Source: a virus. Taken from it: a stretch of DNA of 64,000 nucleotides. Within the stretch, counting starts at the first letter, position 1, and each line of letters starts with the position of its first letter. The stretch is taken from IMG/VR virus record IMGVR_UViG_3300047476_001812, positions 1-64,000 of that record. One strand, 5' to 3'. Of the stretch, positions 19,875-29,100 are shown piece by piece. Position numbers and translations under genes: made by a program. The notes below the pieces were generated by a model. It had not been told where the DNA came from. It saw only the letters and a list, made by a program, of their open reading frames with translations, and made no database searches.

Positions 19875-19982
19875 TTTCTCAACTACTCCTAATTTATTTA
19901 GTACCGATTCAAACCATTTTCTCGACATCAAGAAAATGGTTATCTCCAAAACTACTAAGGCGTTAGCCGTTGTTTCCTAAGA

Positions 19983-20276
19983 CTACTCAAAAGATACAGC
20001 AAACAATGTACCGTCTTCACTGTTTTCAATAATTACTGCATTAGGAGGTAATTCGTAAACTTCTCCAGGAACAACATTTTGAGCCAACTCATAATTTGAA
20101 AAATCCCAATCCTGTATGTCTTGGTAGTCCTCAAATACTTTTTGTTCTGAATCCGCAACAAGATTGGTGCAAAGGTTGTCCACATAGTTGACACCCCCGC
20201 GCACCCGCGCCCAATGCGTAACCTTATTTGCCTTGTTGGTGATTTCCTTTAATGTTTTTGATTTTGTAAAATCCAT
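19983..20276 (-). CDS. hypothetical protein
   Basis: AGGAG RBS before MDFTKS. Confidence 0.65.
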   Translation of the reverse strand: MDFTKSKTLKEITNKANKVTHWARVRGGVNYVDNLCTNLVADSEQKVFEDYQDIQDWDFSNYELAQNVVPGEVYELPPNAVIIENSEDGTLFAVSFE

Positions 20277-20374
20277 AACTACTCCTATTCCCAAAGGAAA
20301 ACTAGTTTAATGGGTGAACGCCTGCTTCGTTCAGTGTGAGTGAGTTATTTAATCGAACTCACTCTTAGCCTTAA

Positions 20375-20782
20375 CTATTTAAACCAAAATACCATCCTTA
20401 CGTCCTCAATCTCTTGAGGATAGTCAGAGCGGTATTCATAAAACCTTTCGACTGAATTGTCAAACAGGTATCCTAACTCATTACCTTGCATAATATTGAA
20501 TGAGTCTAATTGTGGAAATTTGCTAGAGACTATCTTTAACTCATCAGGAGTAACCCAAGAAGGATTAAATAAATTAGCAACGTCTCTATTGTAGGCAATA
20601 CGAGTAACTACAGAAATGTCTTCAGGTAAGCCTTTAGCTTTAAACCGATTATTACCAGTTAATGAATTTTCCGCACCTAGAAAATCCATTAAGTCGTAAT
20701 TCCTGAGAATTGACGGACAAGAGTAGTGATGCCATTGTTTGTCAATCTTAACCTCAATGTGAGCTTTAATATCAAATCCCAT
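20375..20782 (-). CDS. conserved hypothetical phage protein
   Basis: MGxDI..HIEV / RNYxL / KGLPED / VRMVFWF pattern common in phages. Confidence 0.7.
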   Translation of the reverse strand: MGFDIKAHIEVKIDKQWHHYSCPSILRNYDLMDFLGAENSLTGNNRFKAKGLPEDISVVTRIAYNRDVANLFNPSWVTPDELKIVSSKFPQLDSFNIMQGNELGYLFDNSVERFYEYRSDYPQEIEDVRMVFWFK

Positions 20783-20804
20783 TCCGTTTACCTCTAAAAC
20801 TATA

Positions 20805-20829
20805 TCACTACCAGTTGGGCGTTAGCCCA
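20805..20829 (-). promoter_or_regulatory. class A hairpin element
   Basis: TCAC-N10; TGGGC-GTTA-GCCCA. Confidence 0.75.
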
Positions 20830-21149
20830 TTAACACTCACCTCAAACAGACTATTCCCTATTTGAAAGAACAAGGGAACACCTTTAACATCTACATTATC
20901 ACCTAAACAAAACAGCAATGTCTGTAGAGTTTTAATCTCATACTTTCTATCACCTATTGCAAACTCGCAATAATATTGTGGAATATGTTTTGTACACAAC
21001 TTAAAGGAAGCTGTGTACTCAGGATGAAAGAATAAGTATTCAGGAGCTTGATGTGTAGCTATAAACTTATCTAAGTCAATGAGGTCATTCACCGTTTGTT
21101 GATATGAATTACCTTTGATTGTGCAGTCAATTACCAGTTTAGTTTTCAT
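20808..21149 (-). CDS. hypothetical protein
   Basis: 113-aa ORF. Confidence 0.6.
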   Translation of the reverse strand: MKTKLVIDCTIKGNSYQQTVNDLIDLDKFIATHQAPEYLFFHPEYTASFKLCTKHIPQYYCEFAIGDRKYEIKTLQTLLFCLGDNVDVKGVPLFFQIGNSLFEVSVNGLTPNW

Positions 21150-21194
21150 GGTTGATACAATATTTACCCTGAGTCATAATTACCTTTAGTTACT

Positions 21195-21219
21195 TCACCA
21201 CCACTAAGGCGTTAGCCTT
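21195..21219 (-). promoter_or_regulatory. class A hairpin element
   Basis: TCAC-N10; AAGGC-GTTA-GCCTT. Confidence 0.75.
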
Positions 21220-21224
21220 TTTGG

Positions 21225-21842
21225 TCATTTAAACCCACAAACATTTTTTAGCCTACGGGATTTAAACTTAACAGGGTCAGGATTGAGGTTGCCTCTACGG
21301 GTTTTCTTCATAGACTCAATAGCTTTGTCGTGAGAGTATCTGAGAATTGCTAACTCCCAACGAATGTGTTTAAGAATCTCATTTAACTCACTGAGATGTT
21401 TTTCATAACTTTGTTTTTCAAAGTCGTAAAAGATTTCCTTTTTTCGGAGCAAGGACATCATCTCTAATACTAACTTCTCCCTCTCTTTGGCAGGCATTTT
21501 AGTTCCTTTTTTGCCAGTAATCGTGAAAGAAATAGTAGGAATACTTTGTATTCCATAATCTTCAGTTCCATTCCTTCTAGTATACTTAATAACTCTACCA
21601 ACAAACCCTACTTTCTCATTTAGTCTGGGAATTTTTTTAGGGTGAGTTTTCTTCAAGTCATCATAAACTTCCATTTCACGTTCAGTAAAGAAAGTATTAA
21701 TGTGGTGTATTTCTCTAATTTCAGGATTAAGAGAATATTCCTTAACTTTGACGTTGATAATACAGTAGCTGTTTGATTCTATCTTATTAACAACTCCCAG
21801 GACTAATACTTTATGTCCTAACCAATCTTTTAAGTTTCTCAT
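21225..21842 (-). CDS. hypothetical basic protein
   Basis: 205-aa ORF. Confidence 0.65.
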   Translation of the reverse strand: MRNLKDWLGHKVLVLGVVNKIESNSYCIINVKVKEYSLNPEIREIHHINTFFTEREMEVYDDLKKTHPKKIPRLNEKVGFVGRVIKYTRRNGTEDYGIQSIPTISFTITGKKGTKMPAKEREKLVLEMMSLLRKKEIFYDFEKQSYEKHLSELNEILKHIRWELAILRYSHDKAIESMKKTRRGNLNPDPVKFKSRRLKNVCGFK

Positions 21843-21882
21843 AACTATTGATTCTGTTTATCTTGCTAGTAAACATTGTACA

Positions 21883-21907
21883 TCAAAATCAAAGGGGCGA
21901 TTGCCCC
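21883..21907 (-). promoter_or_regulatory. class A hairpin element, GATT-loop variant
   Basis: TCAA-N10; GGGGC-GATT-GCCCC. Confidence 0.65.
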
Positions 21908-21949
21908 AATAATTATGAAAGGTGTTAACAAATTAACTTATATTCTTTG

Positions 21950-23581
21950 CTAACTATCTAATTCCTCTTCTTTAGACTTCTGGCAATCTTTTGGACAATC
22001 ATCAGTCTTCTTGGATTGAGTTTTTTTAACTCCACCACTACAAGCTAAAATCAAAGTGCGTTTACTTCTAGTGAGAGCCACATACTGAAGATTCTTTTCT
22101 TGCTGTAAACTTTCTTTGTTTTGCCCCTTAAATGTATGAGGACATAATTCAGGATGCAAGAATACAACACGCTCTGCTTCTAATCCTTTGGCAGTGTGGA
22201 TGGTAGAAAGGGTAACACTATCTTGCCTTTCGAGAAATAGATTGCTAAGTGATTTTTTCAATGACTTGATGTTAACCAGATTATCAAATCCCTCAAAGCA
22301 AGCTAACAAAGCATCACACCTATCACGCAGATTTGCAATTATTTTAAATGCGCCTTGCTCAATTAGCCTGGACTGTCTGCTCTGAAATAAGATTTCTACA
22401 AACTCTGGGAATCTTTCAAATCTAAATCCAGATACCTTAGAAATGTCGTCTATAAGACTTGATAGAGACTGTTCAAGGTTAGAGTCACCAGCTATGATTC
22501 TTGCAGGAATACGGGCAATTATGAGTTTAATGCAAAGACTAATTAACGGTGCGGTTTTTCTACAAACAATTAACTCACCACCTGTTAAATGTGGGAGTAA
22601 TTCTTCATAGTCGTAATGCCCTGCCATGTTAGCTTTTAAATCAACATCAATTATTACACCCTCAATGGCAGTAGGTGAAGCTTCTATTGATGGTACTAAT
22701 TTCTGTGCTAATTTCAAGTGAGACTTAGGGCATCTATAGCAGATTGACAATGGCAAAGATATTGCATTGGTGCGATACTTCAACCTATCCAAAGCATCTG
22801 TATTTGCACCAGCAAAGCCCATAATAGACTGCCATCTGTCCCCTACTCCAAGAATACGAGTATTTTCATCAGTAAACTTCAGGAAAAGTTCTAGTGCAGC
22901 ACTAGAAACGTCCTGCATTTCATCACCAAATACCCAAGCGTACTTATAGGTAGAGTTTAGCTTCCATAGGTAGGGAAGAAATAGTTGGTCTTCAAACGAG
23001 AGAAAGCCTTCTTTAGCTAACCTATCCCCTTCTCTGACCACGTACCCTAACCAATTTCCTACAGTATTAAGATGACAGATATCCAGGTTGTAATCCTGAA
23101 TCATCTTTTCTAAAGCTTCTCTGGATTTAGTGCCAGTTAAGGTCTTCATTGAGAATGTAGTTAGAACCCACAACTCATTAGACAACTTTTCATTTACTTC
23201 CCAGTCTGTAGTTCCATTCTGGTCTTTAACTACTTTTCTGGCTATTTGAAGGTACTTTTTCCTATCAACATCTAAATCTCTATAATTTAGGGCTTTACGG
23301 ACTAATCCATGCCCAAGGGAGTTAAGAGTTTGAACTTGAGCTATATTCCCAATCTTTAACTCAAGCTCTTTCTGAATACGTTTACCAAACGCAATAGCTA
23401 AAGGTTTAACACCCTGCTTGTTATAGATAATTTCACAACTTCTTTTAATTAGAGTTGTTTTCCCACTTCCAGCTAGAGCCTCAACGATGATGTTGTGACT
23501 ACCGTATTCTATGGCATTATAAACCGCTTTCTGGTAGTCGGAGTCTATTAAAGTATTTATTGTTTGAACCATTGTTTTCAC
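21950..23581 (-). CDS. UvrD/Rep-family (SF1) helicase
   Basis: ALAGSGKTT, DEMQD, VGDRWQSIMGFAGA, LSICYRCP, STIHTAKGLE, YVALTR. Confidence 0.93.
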   Translation of the reverse strand: MKTMVQTINTLIDSDYQKAVYNAIEYGSHNIIVEALAGSGKTTLIKRSCEIIYNKQGVKPLAIAFGKRIQKELELKIGNIAQVQTLNSLGHGLVRKALNYRDLDVDRKKYLQIARKVVKDQNGTTDWEVNEKLSNELWVLTTFSMKTLTGTKSREALEKMIQDYNLDICHLNTVGNWLGYVVREGDRLAKEGFLSFEDQLFLPYLWKLNSTYKYAWVFGDEMQDVSSAALELFLKFTDENTRILGVGDRWQSIMGFAGANTDALDRLKYRTNAISLPLSICYRCPKSHLKLAQKLVPSIEASPTAIEGVIIDVDLKANMAGHYDYEELLPHLTGGELIVCRKTAPLISLCIKLIIARIPARIIAGDSNLEQSLSSLIDDISKVSGFRFERFPEFVEILFQSRQSRLIEQGAFKIIANLRDRCDALLACFEGFDNLVNIKSLKKSLSNLFLERQDSVTLSTIHTAKGLEAERVVFLHPELCPHTFKGQNKESLQQEKNLQYVALTRSKRTLILACSGGVKKTQSKKTDDCPKDCQKSKEEELDS

Positions 23582-23601
23582 TCGTTTATTTTGCTAGTTA
23601 A

Positions 23602-23634
23602 AAGTCCTGTTATAATTTAATTATAACAGGACTT
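23602..23634. repeat. perfect 15-bp inverted repeat in helicase leader
   Basis: AAGTCCTGTTATAAT-tta-ATTATAACAGGACTT. Confidence 0.85.
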
Positions 23635-23644
23635 ATTTTGTTCA

Positions 23645-23668
23645 TCACAGTTAGTAAAGCGTTAGCTT
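23645..23668 (-). promoter_or_regulatory. class A hairpin element
   Basis: TCAC-N10; AAGC-GTTA-GCTT (compensatory stem). Confidence 0.7.
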
Positions 23669-24326
23669 AGAACTCATCATCTTTAGCGTCTTTGCTTCCC
23701 ATTAAGATTACTTTGTTGGCATTAATCTTGATACCATTTCTGGGTTCACCAGTGGTCTTGTCTGCCCAAGTTTCAAAGACTAAAGTGCCTTCAATCCCAA
23801 GGTTCTCGCCTTTACGGCAATACCTTTCTATGGCTTCACCCTGCTTATTCCAAGCAGTAATGTTATAGAAATACCCCTTCCTTCTTTCACTAATTAAAAG
23901 CGAAGTCTGAATAAAAGATTTGCCACTTTCATAGATTCTCTTTTCAGGCATTTTCATCATCTTACCTGCAAGATAAATGGTATTGTAATTGACTTCTGCT
24001 TTGACTGGACAGACTGAGTGAGCCAGGATGTAGGGCTGTTCAATAACTTGTTTAGTTTCTTTATCTTTTTGCTCAGTAAACAATTGACCTGTAACAAGCA
24101 TTTTCATTCCTGGCTTAAATAAACTTAACCTGTCGGAGGTAATGCCAGAAAAGGTTTTGTCGTAGGAGTTATTAAATCCTTTGACGGATATTAAATGCTC
24201 TACAGGATTACCGTCTTTGTCAGCTTGAAGATAACTACACTGGGCAATGGAAAATGGTTGTTGCCCAGGAATGTCAGCAAAGGTTTCTACAAAGTTAACT
24301 GTGAGCGTAATGTTGATAATGTTCAT
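23667..24326 (-). CDS. ssb: single-stranded DNA-binding protein, probably two OB folds (start revised)
   Basis: NTIYLAG...NITAWNKQGE...KGENLGIEGTL..ETWADKTTGE, acidic DDEF tail. Confidence 0.85.
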   Translation of the reverse strand: MNIINITLTVNFVETFADIPGQQPFSIAQCSYLQADKDGNPVEHLISVKGFNNSYDKTFSGITSDRLSLFKPGMKMLVTGQLFTEQKDKETKQVIEQPYILAHSVCPVKAEVNYNTIYLAGKMMKMPEKRIYESGKSFIQTSLLISERRKGYFYNITAWNKQGEAIERYCRKGENLGIEGTLVFETWADKTTGEPRNGIKINANKVILMGSKDAKDDEF

Positions 24327-24370
24327 GGATTTAATTGGTAAGTGAGTAAAGAGGAAATGCAATAATTTCC

Positions 24371-24394
24371 TCACAAACATTTAGGCGTTAGCCT
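24371..24394 (-). promoter_or_regulatory. class A hairpin element
   Basis: TCAC-N10; AGGC-GTTA-GCCT. Confidence 0.75.
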
Positions 24395-24440
24395 GTTGAA
24401 ATTGTTTTTCAATTTCTTGAATAATTGAACTATCAGGAGT

Positions 24441-24953
24441 CTATAAGCCTTGCTTCCCTTTAATAGGAATAGGTTTAGGTAATGTCATGACATCACCTAA
24501 CTCCCATGCGTATCTACCTGCTTGCCATTCACCACAAAGAAGCTCTAATTCTGACACTTCTGTGAGTTTATCATTAAGATAAAAACTATCTTTATCATTA
24601 CGGAAAACATTAGTTCCTATCTTTAAGCAGTCAACTAAATCAACTACGCAAAGAACCTTACCTAATGGCAGGTCATTAGAGCATTGAAGCCTTTTTTTGA
24701 TAAAAGGTTTTATTCCTGCTAAATCACAAATTTTTTCCGTTCTATCTAAATACGTTTCCAGTCTAGTTACGTCGTATTCATTGAAAATAAATACAGAAGA
24801 AATTTGCTTTTGAGGTTTGTATTCCTTCTTTGCAGAACAAATTAAAAGCTTTCCTCTAAACTTTGTACTCCAACTTCTAGTCTCATACCTCTTAATTCCC
24901 AAGGCAACAAGAGAAGCCCAGGGTTGATGTAATGATATTGCTCTGTATTCCAC
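24441..24953 (-). CDS. ASCH domain protein
   Basis: AISLHQPWASLVALGIKRYETRSW..RGKLLI; PIPIKGKQGL. Confidence 0.9.
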   Translation of the reverse strand: MEYRAISLHQPWASLVALGIKRYETRSWSTKFRGKLLICSAKKEYKPQKQISSVFIFNEYDVTRLETYLDRTEKICDLAGIKPFIKKRLQCSNDLPLGKVLCVVDLVDCLKIGTNVFRNDKDSFYLNDKLTEVSELELLCGEWQAGRYAWELGDVMTLPKPIPIKGKQGL

Positions 24954-24965
24954 CTATCCTACTCC

Positions 24966-25682
24966 TTAAAATGCTATTTCAACCTTGTCATTTTCTAAAA
25001 CCACAAAACCAAGCTTCTCTATAGTTTTAACAACATGAGTTCTCATTTGTCCTACAGTACCATTTAGTTGCGCTTCAAGTTGTGCAACTTTCTCCTCATA
25101 AGTTTTTTCAGAGAATGGCTTAGTCTCTTCTTTGTACTTTGCTTCTCGGTTTCGTAACTCTTTGGAAACTATTAAATCAAAGATTCTATTACTAATACCC
25201 CATACTTTTACCTCAAACTCAAATCCAAATTTAGACAATCTATTGGACTTTCTGATAGCTGCTAAACGACAATGCCCATTTTTCAACAGCCATTGTCTAA
25301 ACCTTTCTGCATTTTGTTCAGCATTTCCTTCTGAGGACTTACTAAAACCGAAGTAGGTAATCCAATGGTCACAGCCGGGCGCGCCACTACAATAATTAAA
25401 TTCATAAATCCGGTCACAAACAGCAACTAACTCTGAATCGTACATTGCAGTTTGATTTTGACAAGTTTTAACACTCCAAATAGCATGAATAATCTCGGCT
25501 TTTGTCATGTTAGACATGACTTTCCCAAACTTGGCTTTGACAATTACTTGTCCTAGCTGCTTATTGATTTTAGAGGCTAACGCCTTTAATTGTCTGATGT
25601 TTAAAACTTGTAAATGTTCAATTCTTTTGATGTCACTAAATAGAATAACAGCCTTTTCTCTTGCAGATAATTTTGTTTTCAT
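24966..25682 (-). CDS. hypothetical protein with Rho-N-like helical motif
   Basis: LNIRQLKALAS...MTKAEII. Confidence 0.6.
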   Translation of the reverse strand: MKTKLSAREKAVILFSDIKRIEHLQVLNIRQLKALASKINKQLGQVIVKAKFGKVMSNMTKAEIIHAIWSVKTCQNQTAMYDSELVAVCDRIYEFNYCSGAPGCDHWITYFGFSKSSEGNAEQNAERFRQWLLKNGHCRLAAIRKSNRLSKFGFEFEVKVWGISNRIFDLIVSKELRNREAKYKEETKPFSEKTYEEKVAQLEAQLNGTVGQMRTHVVKTIEKLGFVVLENDKVEIAF

Positions 25683-25756
25683 GATATAATCTCCTACGAT
25701 TACCAAACATCAAGAACCCCTCCTAGGAGATTCCTGAGAGGGGCTTTACTTTTACT

Positions 25757-25781
25757 TCATAACTATTAATGCGTTAGCATT
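25757..25781 (-). promoter_or_regulatory. class A hairpin element
   Basis: TCAT-N10; AATGC-GTTA-GCATT (compensatory stem). Confidence 0.7.
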
Positions 25782-26077
25782 GCATTCTCTTTGTCTTCTA
25801 AGCTTTGAACTTTCCAAGACCGTTGTTCTAGAAAGCCCCGTGGTTCTTTAATAAACTCTTCCCTATCTTTAGTTATTTCAGCAGCTAATGGAATTAGGTG
25901 TTGATAATGTTCAAGAGTTGCATACCTATTGTCATGAATCCTGGTAGTTAAATTCTGATGAAAAAAGTGAATTGTTAAAACAACATTTTTGTCCATCAAT
26001 GAAAATTCTATTACAACATTTTCATCTTCACCATGTTTTTTAAGTGTAAGCTGAGTGTTCTCTTTTCTTATTAACAT
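25766..26077 (-). CDS. hypothetical protein
   Basis: 103-aa ORF. Confidence 0.65.
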   Translation of the reverse strand: MLIRKENTQLTLKKHGEDENVVIEFSLMDKNVVLTIHFFHQNLTTRIHDNRYATLEHYQHLIPLAAEITKDREEFIKEPRGFLEQRSWKVQSLEDKENAMLTH

Positions 26078-26095
26078 TGTTACTTTTAAGATGCC

Positions 26096-26120
26096 TCACC
26101 ACTAAAGGGGCGTTAGCCCC
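26096..26120 (-). promoter_or_regulatory. class A hairpin element
   Basis: TCAC-N10; GGGGC-GTTA-GCCCC. Confidence 0.75.
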
Positions 26121-26128
26121 ATGTATTC

Positions 26129-29100
26129 TTAGTATTTGTTTACCACGCCTTGCTGCTGCCTCCTGTCTTCATCCTGTTGTCTACGGGCGTTAGCAGCTAA
26201 CCCTAACCACACAGCACCCAGTGTAGCAGGAATAGCCCATTTAGGAATCTTCATACCACCTGTTATTTTAACTTCAGGGTCTATGGGATTATTGAAAGAT
26301 TGAGTTCCAGGGGTTCTAGGGGTTCTAACTTGTTGAGGTTCTGACTGAACCCCTTGCTGTACGTTGGTTTTAGCTTGAGGGGGTATGTAATCCCCAGGAA
26401 TAGAACCACCATCAAATCCCATACCTCCTGAGTCATTAGTAATAGGCATATCCCATATTCCATAGTCAGCATTGCCACCACTTCCGTATTGATAGTTCTC
26501 GGAACTGCTGGGAACTATATTAATTACCTGATTGCCTGCGGGTACAAATTGTTGAATCACTTTTGACGGATTTGGAATATAATCCCCAGGAATAGAACCA
26601 CCATCAAACCCCATGCCTCCCAACATACTTTCAGGGTTTCCCATGTAGTCTTCAACAAACTTTACTCTACCTAATTTAGCAACATTAGAAGTGGGAACTG
26701 TAGGTAGTTCAACTTTTTGTCGTGTGCGGTAAGCAGGTAGTAGTCTAGCATTTTGCATAGACCTAATTTGCCGTTCACTAAAATCACCACTTTCTATGGC
26801 ATCCTGAATATCTTGTGGATGATAAAGCCTGGATTCATTTAACTCCTGTGCTTGTTCATAGGGTAAATATGTATTAGGTAAACTACCAGTAACGGAAGCA
26901 GTTAACTTTTCATCAGGATTATTTTTATACCTAAAAGAATCGTCTTCAGTCTGCATTCCCAAAGTATTTGCGGCAGAAATAAATGCGTTTAATTGTTGTG
27001 GATTCCCTTGTCTTTTGATTACAACTTCAGGGGAGTCTTCAATGTTAACTATTGCGTTATGTGCTGCACTAGCACGGTTAATTTCTTCTGCTAAATAGTC
27101 AGAGTATTCTTGTAAATCTCTAGGACGAGTAGACTGAACAGGAGCTATATCTTTTGTGTTCAATAAAACATCAGAAGCGTTAGGCTGATAATTTCTTATA
27201 AACTCAACCCTTTTCGCATCAGATAGTGGCAAGATTTCTGGGTTAATACTAAAAGACCTGTCTTGACCAAGGGTTGTATAGTTCCCATCAATAAATGAAC
27301 TTATTTTTCCATCTAGATTATTAGCAACTCTCTGTTGTGGAGAGTCTATCAATAAATCTATTTGTGCTTTTTGCTGTAAAGCCCTAAGCCTGTCAATATC
27401 AGTCCTTGCCTCTTGTGCTTCTTTACCTAGTACATAGGACTTGTATTTTAGAACTTCAATATCACTTTGAGGTTTAGCTACTTGACGTTGTTTTCTGTTA
27501 CTGATTACTGCATCAATCTGATTTTTCTTCTGTTGAGTTCTATTAATAGCTCCAAGGATGTCTGTTGGCTCTTCATAACCAGCATTGTAAACTTCTTTCT
27601 GATTTAAAATTGCCTTATCATCAGGACTAATGTAATCATCAGGATTAAAGCTTAGATTGCCACTGATAGCTTGTTCTACTATCCATTCAGGAGTAGGTTC
27701 AGATATTCTTGCACCTGCTTTAAATGGTAAGTCTATCCTTGCTGCTCTACCTTGACTCCTAGTCTCAGCCATTGCATAATTCCCACCAGCAACAGGATTA
27801 AATTCGGCTACAGTAGCTTGTGGGGTTACATCATAATATTTCCCATCAATTAATATTTTGGCGTTAGCCAAAGCATTATCTCTAGCAAGATTAGGGTTAA
27901 CATTTGCCCAAGCTTGTATAGCGTCATCGCTAAAACCTTTTAATTCTAATTCCTCACGTTTGCTTTTAGGTAAATAATTAGTAGTGGCATTATCTAAGTT
28001 AAGTGGAACGTAAGCGAATGTGTTAGCATCCTTCCCTTGAACCTTTCTACCAGATTCTGTAGTGTAGATTTTATCGTCTTTCAGAAAGCCTTGTTCTCCT
28101 CCAGCCAATATAGTTCTAGGGGTAATAGTTACCGGAAGGTAAGCCCCATCAATTACACCTTGGGGAATTACGCCAGGAATATTTTCTTTCCAGAATGTTA
28201 AGTCAGGGCTATCATCATAAGTTGCTAAGTCTAAATATTGAGTATATTGTGGACTCTCAACACCTGCTGTTCTACTAGGAGTAATAGTGTACTTTCTATC
28301 AAATGCAGGTTTAGATTCTCCCTTCTTTGCTATCTTAATTAAGGCATCAACCTCATCACCACCAAGAACTGCTAATGGTTGTGCAAATAATTCATCAACT
28401 TTAGCCCTCTTTTCTTCGGGTGTAAAAGAACTATCTGCAAGTATAGACTGTCTTTGTTGAACCAAGAAAGGGATTTGCCGCCTCGCCACTTGTGCGGCAA
28501 TTGCCGCTTGAGTTCTGGGGTTAGACTCATCAAGAACCCTAGCTAAACCCACACCTTTGGGTAAAGGGATTTGGTAACTGCTATTTAACCCCACTGTTCT
28601 GCTATTAAAGATGGGATTTAATAATCCTTTCCTGTCTGCCTCCTCATAACTCATACCATCGGGAATAGGCTGATAGTCAGGAGTTGTACCTTTAAAGTCC
28701 CGTACCATTAAGCGAGGTCGAGATACAGATGACTCTATAAATAAAGGGTCGTCATTCTCGTCTAAAACAAGAAATGGATGTGCTTCTCCTCCCCGCATAT
28801 AGCCTAGTTCATTTATATCTCTTTCTCGCTGAAAGTTTGCTATTTGTGCTGACCTTGGGAGGGTTAATGGGTTTCCGTATAACGGCGTTAACACTTCTTG
28901 AGGAAATCCATACTCATTGGGAATTGGTGTTCCGTACTCATTTACCTTATAAGCACCCAAAGGAGTTTCAGGATTGGTTTTAAATCTGTAGAATTTAGTG
29001 TTGGTAAAATCTCCAAGGTAGTTAGCATTGACACCAAATACATCTACAGTTCCAGGCTCATAACCTTCAATTGTTTGTTGCCGTGAAACTTGTAAATTTG

